A stretch of 64,000 bases of DNA from the NCBI GenBank assembly GCA_038087875.1, contig CM075978.1:136462001-136526000 (forward strand), in the 5' to 3' direction. Both the position numbers and the translations under genes were made by a program. The stretch comes from Malacoraja senta (lineage: Eukaryota). Shown here piece by piece: positions 1 through 13,343 of this stretch. Position 1 is the stretch's first letter. The number at the start of each line of letters is the position of its first letter. Under the pieces are notes generated by a model, which made no database searches, was not told the origin of the DNA, and worked only from the letters and a program-made list of their open reading frames with translations.

Positions 1-12
1 ATATTTTTCAAA

Positions 13-112
13 GACACAAAATGCTGGAGTAACTCAGCGGGTCTGGCAGTATCCCTGGAGAACATGGATAGTTGAAATTTCGACTTGGGGCCCTTCTATA
101 GACACTTCAGAC
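13..112 (-). mobile_element. Hammerhead-motif short retroelement (Penelope pLTR-like), degenerate copy
   Basis: GACACAAAATGCTGGAGTAACTCAGCGGGTC... is the reverse complement of the 4889-5001 copy. The ribozyme core is mutated. Confidence 0.75.
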
Positions 113-611
113 TCTTCATCAATATGTTCCAGATATTGTACAAGGTGATACGTTAATGATAATTGGTTGCACATATTAGGCATTTACTCTAACGAAATAC
201 TGTTGCAATTAGAATTTGTTTAGCAATGGCAGATAAAACAGAAAGTTATTGTAAAACAATCAAAGGACACTATTGTAGATGAGCAATTGTTTGACTGAAG
301 GTCTTAAATGTATCAAAGGGTTATATATTTTATGATGCTGATTAGATAAAGGAAAATCTGATTTTTTTAAAATCGTTTTTATTGACACCAGTGTATGTAT
401 CATCCCTTCGTGAGAAGGCACGAAACTGACAGTTAAAGCTTACCACAGGGACCTGATGATAAAACCGTTATCCAGCAGCACTGGCTCAGGCACTTACATA
501 TATACATATAAGGAGGCTCAGATATCCCCTGTCCTTCATTGCCACAAGAGGTATTTGTAACTGCCACCCAGCTCTGTGGTAATGTTGCATTGGTGTTATT
601 AGTCTAGGGTA

Positions 612-706
612 GAGTGATAGAGTGCCATAGAGTCATATAGTGTGGAAACAGACCCTTCGGCCCATCTTGCCCAGGCTGACCAACAACATTAGTCCACCTG
701 CCTGCG
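612..706 (-). mobile_element. CR1-clade LINE 3' UTR fragment
   Basis: ATAGAGTCAT tail repeats and GGAAACAGACCCTTCGGCCCA, matching the 62768 copy. Confidence 0.65.
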
Positions 707-865
707 ATACAGCCAGAGCTATTAAAAAATGAAAGCCGGTCAGGAAATCAGGAAAATACAAAATGTGGAATAAAACATGGTATTAAATATAACCATGGAA
801 GCTTGAAATGTGTTTTTTTTATATGGAAGTACATAATGACCAAGGAGGTAAAAGAGTATATTTTA

Positions 866-1058
866 GAAATCCCAAGTGCTGAAGGAAATCATGTGGGTCA
901 GGTCGCATCTGTGAAGGATGCTCAGAGCAATCTGAAGGTGGGTCCCGACATGAAACGTCACCTGTCCATTCTCTCCACAGATACTGCCTGACGTGCTGAG
1001 TTCCACCAGCATCTTGCGATTTGCACAAGATTCCAGCATTTGCCGTTCTTTGTGTCTT
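866..1058 (+). mobile_element. Hammerhead-motif short retroelement, older copy with a short inverted 5' arm
   Basis: CTGAAGGTGGGTCCCGACATGAAACGTCACC at 932-962, followed by the family body GATACTGCCTGACGTGCTGAGTTCCACCAGCAT. Confidence 0.7.
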
Positions 1059-1805
1059 CCTTTTAAAATTCCAACTGACTCACTAATATTCTCAACTGTC
1101 CTGTGCTTTAAGTGACTCCAACCCCATACCATTGTTGCCGACTCTTAACTGACCTGTGAAGTAACGTTGAAGTCATTCAGCAGTTTAGCATTTTTTCAGG
1201 ACAACTTTTGATGAGTAATGCGTGCTGATTCCGCCAGTGATACACACTTCCTAAGAACAAATGGGAATAAAAAAGAGTCTGGCAGAAGGTAGATGGGACT
1301 CATTGCAAAAATTCCCTTGACAAGTCTTGGAGGAGCCTGTAAATGGATGCACATTCTGTCGGCACAAGGAAGCTGTGCACTGTTCAAAAGAAGCCTCTAC
1401 AAATCCATGTGCCCCTGGCCGGGCTCGACAATCAAAGGATATTGAAGGGCTGGTAATATAAAGATTGCACAAACTCATTTGCAATTGTCAGATAAAATGA
1501 ATGAACTAAGTAGTATATTTGTATGGTCCATATAATAGAGCACTAAAATGAGAAATGTTGTTAAGTTAGAAAAGCAATCTGGTATTGCAGCTCATCATCA
1601 ACTTCTGGATTGACACCATGATGAGTTTCCATATCTTCACCAGACCTCTGGGTCAATCTGCTCATGCCAATAAATCCAGAATACTTGGGAGCCATCTCAA
1701 GCTATGCAGAAGAAGCTTACTTCTGAAAATGATTGCAGCATTGGTTTCCTGAAGTCACTCACCAAATCTATTTTGAAAGCAAGTTCAACTCATCAATTCA
1801 TCTGA

Positions 1806-2030
1806 AGATGATGAGGGGAAAGATTTAATCGGAATCTGAGGGGCAACTTTCTCACACAGAGGGTGGTGGGTAGAAATTATAACAACATTTATAAGACATT
1901 TAGACTGGTACATGGATAGGAAAGGTTTGGAGGGATATGGGCCAAATGCAGACAGGTGAAACTAGTGCAGACAGGGCAATGGGCAAACTGGGCCAAAGGA
2001 TCTGATTCCATGCTATATGACTCTATGACA
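1806..2030 (+). mobile_element. CR1-clade LINE 3' end
   Basis: Decayed ORF2 C-terminus (AGGGGCAACTTTCTCACACAGAGGGTGGTG = RGNFLTQRVV) and GACTCTATGAC tail. Confidence 0.8.
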
Positions 2031-2614
2031 CTTAATGGCTCTGTCAACTAAATTGCTTTCTCTCTTCATCCGCAATATGAAATCAGTCGGTTTTGGGAGA
2101 TAAACATCACTTATTTTAAGTTGCAATTATATTTGATGAATGGCTGCTCTTCTAGATGAAGACAGCTCTTATTGTGGCCATTACACATTGCCCTTTGAGG
2201 AGGTGCCCCTAATTTGTTTGTGTTCAGCAGGGTAAGGGTAAATAGATTTCAACATACACACACAAAGTGGTTCATTTAATACTTAAGAGTGCAATTATTT
2301 CAATTTACACCACTGATTAATTGTGAAACACAATGAATACCAATACAATAAACAAGCATGACATTCAAACCTTTAATCAAGTGGATGATCATTAGTCAAT
2401 TAATGTTATCAATTAATAAATAGTTAGTTGAGCACCTCTTCTCACACCATTAAACATCATCTGTTTGAGAATTTGGCTGTAGGGAGGATTTTCACTAATT
2501 ATAGTTTTACCAGATAAAAGGCCAGCAAAAATCTCACCTAAATCTAATGCAAACTGCCTAGAAATTCATCCCTGGTTGGTAGTGTTGCCTACCACGTCAG
2601 CATATCATACTATG

Positions 2615-2925
2615 TAGTAACAAGGAACTGCAGGTGCTGGTTAATATACAAAAGGATACAAAGTGTGAGAGCAACTCGGCAGGTCAGGCAGCATCTCTGG
2701 AGAACATGGATAGGTGATGTTTTGGCTCAAGATCCTTCTTCAGACTATTTGTGTGGGGTGGGGTGGGGTGGGGGGGAAGCTAGAAGAAGGGAGATGCAAG
2801 ACAAAGCTGTGGATGCAAGTGAGGGGGTTTTGATAAGCACATGATTGGAACAAAGGTCAGAGATAAAAGCAGAAGGCATGAGTCAGGATTGAAGAGTAAT
2901 GAATTGTGAAGCCAGAAGAAAGTAG
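2615..2925 (-). mobile_element. Hammerhead-motif retroelement with purine-rich (plus-strand) extension
   Basis: Family body at 2615-2746 ends ...CCTTCTTCAGACT. The following G/A-rich segment resembles 10945-11160. Confidence 0.72.
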
Positions 2926-4888
2926 GCACTATTCTTTCCAGTGAGTCAATCAAATGGAGACAGAGTGGAGTGAAGTCCCAGTTAAGAACATTGTTTTTAT
3001 TACTTTCCATGATCTTTGTTTAAATTTAAATGTAGTTTTACAGAAAAAGATAATAATGTACAAACAAATGACCTGTGTGAATTGACAAGCAGATCTTCAG
3101 GACTATTGCTTTCACAGAGGCAGAAGTCAGCTGTTCTCATCTCACCATCCATCAGTTCAATGAGCCTCTGATGATTGTGGTGATCTGCATGCATTTCTAT
3201 CCGCAGAGTCCTCTATTTTATGTTGTGCTGCAGAGATGAAACTTTTAACATCTTGTGCGAGTTCTTGCTGACTACACATTCATGCTGACTCTCCTATATT
3301 GAGAGTGGAATCTACTCATATGACCTGCCTCACCTTAATTGTACCTTTTGCCTCGGCCTTCTTCATCCCTTAGTTTGTAAATCAGCAGGAAAAAAAATGT
3401 TTACAAATGGGGGATTAGGGTAATGTGTTTATTGTCTCTCCTCAGACATTGAGAAGCTGTGTTTCTCGTAGCCCTGACAGAAACTGACAAAATGCATCAC
3501 ACTTGAGGCTGAAGAAATTCAAGTGTCCGGTGGCCCTAGGGCTCTAACCTGCAACCTCTAAATTCTTATCACTCGACCACTGGGTTGTTGTGGCCATTAT
3601 TCTCAATATGTCTTTCCCAATCAATATTTACTAATTCTGTTACTGCAAGGCTGTCCCATTAATGTATGGGTGGGAAGCATTGAACAGAAATGCACTTGTG
3701 GACTATTTATCTTCCTGTAAAGCTTGAACTCTAATGGTCCAAATGTAAAACATTTAATATTTCCAATAATTCTCGGCAAGGAACGGGCACATAAAAGTCA
3801 CAATGCTTAATATGTGGCCATCAACCTAACTTCTGGTTAACTTTATATTTTGGGGAGGGGTTGTTGGGAACGAGGCGAATGTATAAATCCTAAGTGGCTG
3901 TGGACACAGACACCATTAAAGCTAAAGTGAATTGGATAAAGAGCTGTACAAAATGATTATCCCAAGCTTATTCTGCTGTCACTATTCTGTTTAAATAGCA
4001 CTTTCAGAATTAACATAGAAATAGCCTTTGGAATGTTAATCTTCCAATATGATTCTTTATGAACTCAACATAGATTCAAAATGCTTCTTTTCATTACTTA
4101 CACAGCATTTCAGAAAATAAAAGAGTGGTCCATATTTTGTAGCATGTCTTTACTAGGTGTTGCCGCTATTATAAAATGCCAGTGTGCAAACAATTATTTG
4201 TTAATGCTTCCCTGAACCAAATGGAACTGCCATAGAGAGAAAAACTGTGCACAAGAGAAACAAAAAAAGGTTAGTGTGCATTGCCTCTACAACTTCAACT
4301 AATGGTACGAAACTTGTGCACAGACCTCTTTCCTGGGCAAAGGAACTAAGGTTGCAGTCAGACAGATCTCCAAACATGCCAGCTAGCCAAAATGAAAACA
4401 GTTGCCACTGATCTGATACGAGTGGCAGCAGTCTGATTTCAGTATTTAGGAGGCATGACTGTTCTGCTCATGAGATGATCGGTTCAACTAACAGTCTGTG
4501 GAGATAGCAATGTTGACAGTATAAATCCAATGCAGTGAGCTTGATGTAACCTTTGGCAGAATTTAGCCCAATCAAAATTTAAAAAAAAGAAGAAATACTT
4601 TAAAACTGACTACAGCAGCTATAATTGTGTAGGAAGCCTGAGTATCAGAAATTGTTCTTTCTGTTCACATATTTTGGCTGTATTGTACACTGTACACTGA
4701 CAACAGGGTGATTTGACAAAATCACTCCTTGACACAAACCTGTAAACTAACCTATTCCTCTTGGGTTAAAGTATAGCTAGCAAATCCTGCACATCATAGT
4801 CCATTAGAGAGCCAACTTTTATTCATAATGAAACAATTGTATTGAAAGTGGAATCTATTGTTGTGATGTTACTCAATATAACCTTATC

Positions 4889-5001
4889 TAGTCTTATCCA
4901 GACTTATGTCTGAAGAAGGGCCTCGACCTGAAACGTCACCCATTCCTTCTCTCCAGAGATGCTGCTGCCTGTCCCGCTGAGTTACTCCAGCATTTTGTGT
5001 C
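4889..5001 (+). mobile_element. Hammerhead-motif short retroelement with intact core and 12-bp TSD
   Basis: CTGAAGA AGGGCCTCGACCT GAAA CG TC at 4910-4937. TATAACCTTATC is duplicated at 4877-4888 and 5002-5013. Confidence 0.85.
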
Positions 5002-8000
5002 TATAACCTTATCCAAAGTACACCACCACAATGACACCATCTGGCATCTTTCTAGGATGGGTGACTGCAGAGGTAATGACAGAAGATGCTATATTTAGTC
5101 ATCACCAAGTTTAACAACATGTCTGCCCATGTTTGTGTCGGCTTTTTTTCTGTCACTTACACCTCCCTCAAAGTAAACTTAATAAAGCTAACCCTTCCTG
5201 CTCAGTTTATTTTCCAGAAAATTAACTAAGCTAATTAATGATTTAATCAAATTGAATCAAATTAAAAATTGTAAATTATATTTCAAAAGCCTGGAAAAAT
5301 TGACCATTTACAAAGAACAAATATCCCTTTCAAATACTAGAGAATGACCATGAAGTGCTTCTGATGATAATGAAAGCTGTCTAGCCCTCCTGCTTATCAA
5401 GGATTCACCAAAGAAAAAGTACACATTGTTAACATTAAATCCCTATAGGGGACCTGAAATAGCTTTCACTTAGCATTCCATTTTAATTGCTAGGCTGAAA
5501 TAATTCAAATCTGTTTTTTTGGCGTGCCACTAATTAAAACTGCAAGATTACACAGAGAAAAATAAATACATCATCTCTGCTTGAAAATGAAAGTTTTCTT
5601 GAATGACAAATATTTTTAATCAGAGCCATATGCACAGGAGCTTGGAGGGCGAGCTTAATCTCAAAACCACTCCAGCAGCATAAAACAATTCAGTGGGTTA
5701 TAATTAATGTCACAGTCATAACAGCAAGCTCAAGCCACTGTTTTTCTTTCTACTTAAGGAGAAATAACTAGCTGTTATCTCTGTGCCTGCAGAGCCTCCC
5801 CATTGTAGATTCAATAATACAAGAGGTTTCTTATCACCATTCGAGGTGAATGATTGTAACTGTGATATGTTTAGACAATGTGTTGTATTTAACCCAATTT
5901 ACAGGTGCCCCAGCTTGGCCACAGCAGTAAACACTGGGGACTAATAGGGAATTAAACATGTACAATAGACTAACTCCATTTACTCTCAAAACTGAAATGC
6001 ATTTAGTAAACTCACTTAAAGAGACAGTAGCCTCCTTCAGGGCATGTGCTGTCATTTGTTATTTTCATCATGGGGGAGGGTTGAATTTATCTTATCTGTT
6101 ACAGTGACCAAGATTGCAAGTGCAGCACTCCCCAAGTGCCGCAGTTTATTTCATTCTTCAAATTTGCCGATTCAAGCTGCTGTCTCTTTAATGCGCGTGG
6201 GCTGTTTATTCCACAAGTCCAGTAAAATAATCCGTGTAATTCACTTACATCTCACCGCTCAGGAGATTCCATGCAATTGCCACAACCTGAGCCAGGCATG
6301 ACGTCCATCACTTTGTCAAGAAATAACAATATCACTAATATTCTGAGAATCCCAACGGCTTGGTCACCACATTTGGCTTCTCTGGGATTTAAATAAAGAT
6401 TACAGAGGCCTTCAAAAATGCAGTTTCTAACACAGCAATATCACTGAGAGGAAAAAAAACCTGTACTGCCAGAGGAATCAAAGGAGACGATTTATGATTT
6501 CATTCCGATTGACGGCCGATTAAATTAAAACAGATCAGTGTTGCAATTCTTGGGCAGGTGGCTCTAGCCTGGTGACAGCCTCAGAACTATTAAATTGGTG
6601 CTGAGATGGAAAGCCTTCCGCTTACATTCACGCACTTACTGATCAAACTGTGACAAATGAGATGTTACTGCTCTTGTAAAGCAAGGCTACAATCTGTCAA
6701 ACCTGAACATAATTTGTGACCCTCAGTGACATCTTTTTTTTTCTCTTTCTTACTTTGAATGTGGGAACAGTTGCAGAATTCCCCAATACCACATGTTTTT
6801 TAATGCAGAGAGCTAAACCAGTACAAAATGCTAACGGGAACTCGAAACCATATATAACAATGTTGATAATTTGATCGTTCAGCGAAGTGGCATTCAATAA
6901 ATTATTATTTATCAGTAGAGCAGTCATCTAGCTGAAATTTCTAATCACCAGTAATTCTAGTGGGAGGGTCTCAATTTTCTTTAACAGCTGTCATCTTGCT
7001 CCATTCTGAAATGGAATTAGAGCACTTTAACACTTGAACCTTAAAGCAGTTCTTATTTCCTTAACTTTTCCTTGCAAGATTTTAAGTTGGTAATTCTGAC
7101 AATTTCTACCCAGGTAATACACGTAGAGGGCAGATACAAAAGAAATAGAAGTGCTGGGATTTAAATTCTAATAGCTGGATTTATTGTGCCAGATAAAAAC
7201 AAAATTGTACAGGACAAACCGTTGGTTCCAACTGCAGCTCGCATTTTATGTAAAATGGATAACGTAACATGCAGAGAAAAACTAGTAGGATACGGCATCC
7301 ATATTTGGCAAATGGTGCGGTAATGTGCACTAATCCAGTCTATCACGATGAACTTTTGAGGCAGCTTTTGAAATGCCCAGACATCAGGAGCTGTCATCGG
7401 TCTTTGTTCTTCTCTTAATGCAATAGGGGCCCTGGTCAATGCACTGAGAAAAGACCTGCACCCTGCTAACCTTGCCGATTAAAGGCAGGGTCTTAACAGC
7501 TGTCTAGAGTGCTGAGGTCACAAACACAGTTTGCTATGCCAACAACGACCACTCATCCCTGGTGAGTATGCCACAAGACTTGCGGTCAGGCTGATGTCAA
7601 GAGTGCATTGCAGGCATTTGCAGTTGTTAATACTTTAAGAGGAAAGGAAGACCTATTGTGCTAACAAGCTATTGTATTAAGAGATATAGCTTTTATTCTC
7701 GCAGCCTAACTAAATGGCGGTCATCATTATCATATTAACTCGCGACCCATTTGTCTGCTTTTCAGTTTCCTACTGTTACACTTAGTAAAACTATGTAAGG
7801 TTACTTAAGAAACTGGAATATGTTACAGTTGATTCTGAATAAAACAGGCATGCAATAACAAGCCACAAAAGCAAAGTTAAGTCTGCATATAATTCTCAGT
7901 AAAAATGGAAGAATATTATCTTTTCTTTTGCGGTGGTAAGCCAAATAAGGAGTTGAAGAGGAATATTGTGCCATCTTTGAAGAAAAGGCTTTTTGCATTG

Positions 8001-10853
8001 AAATGTTGTAGTTAGTTCAATGCAAGTCAAGAGTTATTGCCTCCTCGTTATTTTCCCAGAGGTAATTGGAGTATTGGTTTCAAACTATTCCTTGTTAAGA
8101 CCACCATTCAGAGATCGCCACATTCCATTTGTGACTTGTGACAACATTTTGACACTAGGAATGCAGAACTGGAGGTCTTAGCCATAGCTGTCACTTGTCT
8201 GTGTATGATTAATCTTATCTCTACACTTTAGCAACTCCCAAATATAGCCCAAATTAGACATTTAAACAGCTTGTGGGCTTAGGTGAATATTTTAGGCACT
8301 GATATGGCTGCTTCACTTTCACAAACCAGTTAAGACTTTCTGAGTGCCTTTATAAGAGTGCAAGTATGTAACATGTATATTTGTGTACAAGTTGAAAGTT
8401 AAAGAATATAAGCATACACCTGGTTTTGAAGTTATAAGATTTGTGATATCTTGGGATTCAGTTAAAGATGGAATACCGATGATACCATTTTAGCTTTTGA
8501 ACATTACCTCAGTTATATCGTGGATTTAAGATCACCCTTCATTATTAAATGATTGTCATACTTTAAATAGTAAATTGTCGATCATATAATAAAGACTAGT
8601 AATAGTTATTTGAGTCTTTTGGATTTTGTTATTTTGTTAATTGATGCTCCAACTGAATCAGTAATTTAACATTTTCAGTTTCTTTAATAGAATTTGATAT
8701 GAAAAACAAAACATGTTTTGTTAATTTAAATAATATGGAGATCTATATCTTGAAATTATTTGATGATTTGCTCAGAAGCTTTTGAATCTATTCTGACATT
8801 ATTAAATTGAAAAGAACTATTAATAAAGAACAGAATGTTCAATTGTACATCTAAACTCGGAATCAAATGCATTCATGAAATACAATTTAATGCACTGCTT
8901 TTGCCTATTGAAAAATAAAAATAAATAATTTTTCTTCAAGTTTCAGTTTCACAAAATGTGAATGCTTTGGCCCTTTGGAAATTATCAATATAAAAACAAT
9001 AGATTGTGTATGAATAAAGTCTATAACATTTGAAGGATATAATAGCCACGTGCCTAAAAATAAAAATATTGATATTAACAGGAGGGGAAATCTTGTAAGA
9101 TTAACAGGGAATCAATACAAATGGAATTCTAAGCTTTTATTTGCAATGCTATTCGGCTTCTGTTTGTCGTGGGTTCATGAACCAGAAACGACAATCTACA
9201 TAAATGTAAGTAAACAGGATGATGTGGGGAATCTTCTGTCCATTTGTCACCAAGATACATTCAGAATCTAATTGACTTTTATAATCTGGTAAATGGATAG
9301 TAACTACAACAATGACAACATTTGGTTCAAAATCTGTTGGCTGCAATACACTCTCTTTCTCTCTCACCAATTCCTTTCAAACTCCAAATTAAACAATTAA
9401 AGTGGTTGATTTAAGAATAAAAAATTATGCTTCTAGCCTTGGGTGAAAGCATTGATACTATCACAATCCAGATTTGAGCATTGGTCTACACTGGTTATGA
9501 TCAGTAACGAGAATTCCAAAAACTTGTTTTTAAATAGGTGGAAGTTTGGGCTGAATAAATTGCTTATTCTGCAAAAGATTAGTTGAGGAAATTTAAGAAC
9601 ATTAAAGTAATGGATCTATTTCAATAAAAGGAGGCATTCAAAGAAATGAGGAAATGGATTTAAACCCTGCGCAAGTTCAAAAGATAAATGTTCTAAGGAT
9701 ATAATCAACTTACTTCACATTTGACATGAAATATAAAAATATCTTTAGGCAGGGAAATAGCATGAGCGGATTAATTCTCCATTTCTGCATTCAAATGAGG
9801 ATCCTGTTTTGGAAGGCAGCCAGTCAGAAGCAGGTTTGCTTTTTATCTTTTGAAAAAAAAACTACTTGTGGAAAGCGTAGTACAGCTGGAAATATCTTGT
9901 GTCCCTTGCTAGTTCCTCCCTCGAGACCCTCCAAAGGGTATGAAAATATTCACCAACACTTACCCCTTAATTGTATTCAAGCTCCCAGAAGGCAACACTT
10001 GACAAAAATCACCATTAGCTCCTGACAGTACAACATGTTCAGGAAATGCTTACCTGATCAATAGAAAGTCCACGGGGACTTACTTTACAACTTTGGAATG
10101 GTATAAAAAATTCTTCCTTTTGTCCGATATGATAAAGTACGTGGTAGCATTTGTTGTTTTATTCTCCCTTTGTTTTTTTTTGTCTGCCAGAAATGCTAAA
10201 GGCCAGGAGCATATTACAGAAAGCTTTTGACAAATTAATAAGTAAATGTCAGTGAAAGAGAAGTGAAAAATGCACTTATTAAAAAACTTGTTTATATCTT
10301 GATTCCGGAGTTTTATTAAGTCAATCATCTTTCCGGCATCTTAATGAGGACAAAACAAATAGATTGACTTTAAATAGACAAAGTGAAGCATTAGATTGGA
10401 TTTCAGTCTGGAGGGAAAAAATCTGTATCGGGCTGGGCTGCTGTGAGATTATGATTTGCTCAACTAAGAATGGTTTTCTCAACTATTCCTGCAAAACTAT
10501 ACTAAAGAACTTCTTCAAGAGAAGTTCCCAGCCACAAGCAGTATGAGTGATAGGGTGGAGGGCAATCGGCTGGAAGCCTGGTTCAGAAGGTCATAGGCTG
10601 CGAGAGGAGGTTGGTGCATTGGGGACCGAGAGACTCTGTGGTGGGGGAATTTGTTCCAATCAATTGGAGAATCCAAGTCATGGGTAGAACTATATTTTGA
10701 GGTACCATGTGCTCGTCACAAGTAAGTGTGAATGATGGTTGGGGATTCTATTGTTGGCATTTGGGAGCTGGCCAGAGCTGAGGCTAAATGGCAGCTATGG
10801 GCTGAATTGTGCAGGCAGTTTGCTTAGTCGGAGATATGGTGCACTCAATTATA

Positions 10854-11344
10854 ACACAACATGCTGGTGAAACTCAGCGGGTCAGGCAATTTCTGTGGAT
10901 GGAATGGACAAGCAATGTTTTTGATCAGACACTTTCTTTAGACTGATAGTAGTTGGGGGGGAGAAACCTGGAACAGAGAGGTGGAGGCGGGACAAAGCCT
11001 GGCAGGTGGTAGAAGGATACAGGTGAGGGGGTTTCGTTTGGCACATGGTTGGAGTAAGTGATAAGAACTGGAGGTGAAAAGGAGACAATGGCTTTCAGAT
11101 AAGAAGAGTGAAATGTATAGTCAAAGGAAGGAAAATCTAGAACCAAAGGGGTGGAAATGGACTGGGAGGGGAGGGAAGAGAGGGGGTAAAAGGAAACTGA
11201 GGGACTCGGGGATGGAAAACTAGGTAGGAAGGAGGGGAAAGGAGCAGGATGACTGGGAGGGTGGGAGATAGACACATAATGCTGGAGTAACTCAGCGGGA
11301 CAGGTAGCATCTCTGAAGAGAATGAATGAGTGACGTTTTGGGTC
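10854..11344 (-). mobile_element. Two direct-orientation copies of the hammerhead-motif unit flanking a purine-rich spacer of about 320 bp
   Basis: Units at about 10854-10945 and 11268-11344 both begin ACACA..ATGCTGG..AACTCAGCGGG.CAGG. Confidence 0.75.
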
Positions 11345-12300
11345 TGTGCGTGCACCGGGCAGAGTTTGGAGGAAGGATGCACATTAGAAACATTCCTGCT
11401 CCTTCCAGTCAACAAAGGGGGCTGTAAAATTACTTCCTTCATGATTAAGTGACCACCACCCATTTTCAACTAACAGATTTTCAGTGCTGATGAGTTACAG
11501 GTCAGCCATTTGGGGGAATTCAGCCGCATGATGTGTGAGTGAATGGCATCATAAAACTTTATGGGGGGAAAAGATAATTATAAACGATAAAGTAAAGTTG
11601 ACCAAAAATATTGAACTGATACTCCTCACTCACGATATAATTCCCATACCTTGATATGCAAATCTGATAGCAGATTGTTCCAATTAGAATCTATCATGGC
11701 TGATGTTTTTTATCAAATTGTAGTAAGATTTTGGAGGTTGTGATTCATAGGAATTACTAAAGTATCGATTGAAATGCCTTTTTAGTGAAATAGAGTTTGT
11801 GCATGTTTGGTAATACAGTCTAAATGAAAAATGTAATCAAATATAGAGGTTTAACTTACACTAAGTTGAATCAGAATTTGTATTAATTCTTTAAAGTATG
11901 CTATCTGAATGACACCAGCTGCATTTTCAAATAAAGCTCACCACTTGCAGCGATGCATGTGACAGGGCCATAAAAAAGATCCAGCACCCAAACTGGCCAC
12001 AACAGTCCCGATTTTAACCAGGATGGATGGAATGTAAGGTGAGCACTACACTGTACTGATCTCAACAGCTTATACTACGTGACTTTATTTCCAAAATACC
12101 ATCTACATCTAAAAACAATGAAAAGAAGGATTTGCACAGGTCCTGTCTGGGGAGAAGTCTTGATCAACAGAGAAAGTGTGAAGAAAATATACTTATTTGG
12201 ACTATGGATCATCTCCCCATTGCCTTGACAGCAAAAAGCACAGCAGTTCCCCCAATTGGACCAGAGTTCACATTTTAGTCCAAGCTAACATAATCAAAGC

Positions 12301-12416
12301 TTAGTTTAGTTAGTTTAGTTTATTGTCAAGTGTACCGAGGTACGGGGAAAAGCTTTTGTTGCGTACTGACCAGTCAGCAGGAAGACAAAACACGATTACA
12401 ATCGAGCCATTTACAG
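12301..12416 (-). mobile_element. LINE 3' end with (AAACT)n tail (Rex1/Babar-like, family uncertain)
   Basis: (TTAGT)n followed by TTTATTGTCAAGTGTACCGAGGTAC. Confidence 0.55.
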
Positions 12417-13305
12417 ATTGATTTGCTCTTTAATTGAAGGTCCCACCAGATGAACAGGCACCAGTCTTTGCTGTTGGATCAGCAGTGCAGGTTGAAAATG
12501 GTGAGCAGGACTAAGGAAGAAACTAAATCACTAGGCCAATTTTAACTAGCCACTTCCTAGACGTCCATTGAATAAACAGAATGAAAATTACCACACAAAT
12601 GTTTGAATTATCTTAAAATATAAGGTACCAAATAACTATATGGGTAGATAGTAATATTAACGTCCACTGATTAACATGGTCAGGAATTACAACAGTGCAT
12701 TTAAAGGCAATTATTAGTTTGGATATTTACAGTATATATATATATTGCCTCATTTAGTTTCAGTAATCATAATACTGTCCCTAACTGAAGCTTTTACCGC
12801 AGTGATGAAATGTTAAAATGATACTGTTAAAATGTGGAGAAAAGAAATCTTCTTATGTTGGTCATTATTTATCTTCATGTTCTAGAGCTTTCCATGAATT
12901 TAGAAATTGCATAATAGGAAAACCAAGAACTAGCGACAGGATGGTGATTTATGTCTTGAGGCAGGAAGATTTGGAGGGTCCGCAGAGGGTCCGCAGTGCA
13001 ATAGGGGGAGGCTAGACAGCTGCTCTCAGTAGGCTTGCTTTGGCAGCCAGGCTGTAGTTACCTCTTGTGAAACCTGTACCTGCGGACGAGCTGATCCACA
13101 ACCACTCTCCACTAGCAGATTGGGCAAGGAAGAAGCAGAAGATGAATATTAAAGCAACACAACAGTTCTTCTATCAAGCAACAGATTTGAACACTGGCAA
13201 ATTAACTAACAGCCACTGCAGAAACACATGACAACGTAACAAGATATGGCAGATTTTCTTCCTTGTCACCGTGAAGCAAAACTGAGATCTGAGAGCAGTT
13301 CAGAA

Positions 13306-13343
13306 AAATATATGTATATATATTTTTTATATATATATATATA
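13306..13343. repeat. Imperfect (TA)n microsatellite
   Basis: Directly visible. Confidence 0.85.

Noticed and set aside
2755-2776. (GGGGT)n G-quadruplex motif
   Set aside because: It lies inside a retroelement extension and is on the strand opposite the ESRRG pre-mRNA. No evidence of function.
7120-7134. CTCF-like CACGTAGAGGGCAG
   Set aside because: Mismatches in the 5' part of the core and no upstream module. Too weak to call.
10540-10850. Possible decayed Penelope GIY-YIG coding fragment next to the hammerhead tandem
   Set aside because: Only vague similarity. I could not recover a convincing reading frame by eye, and a translated search would be needed.
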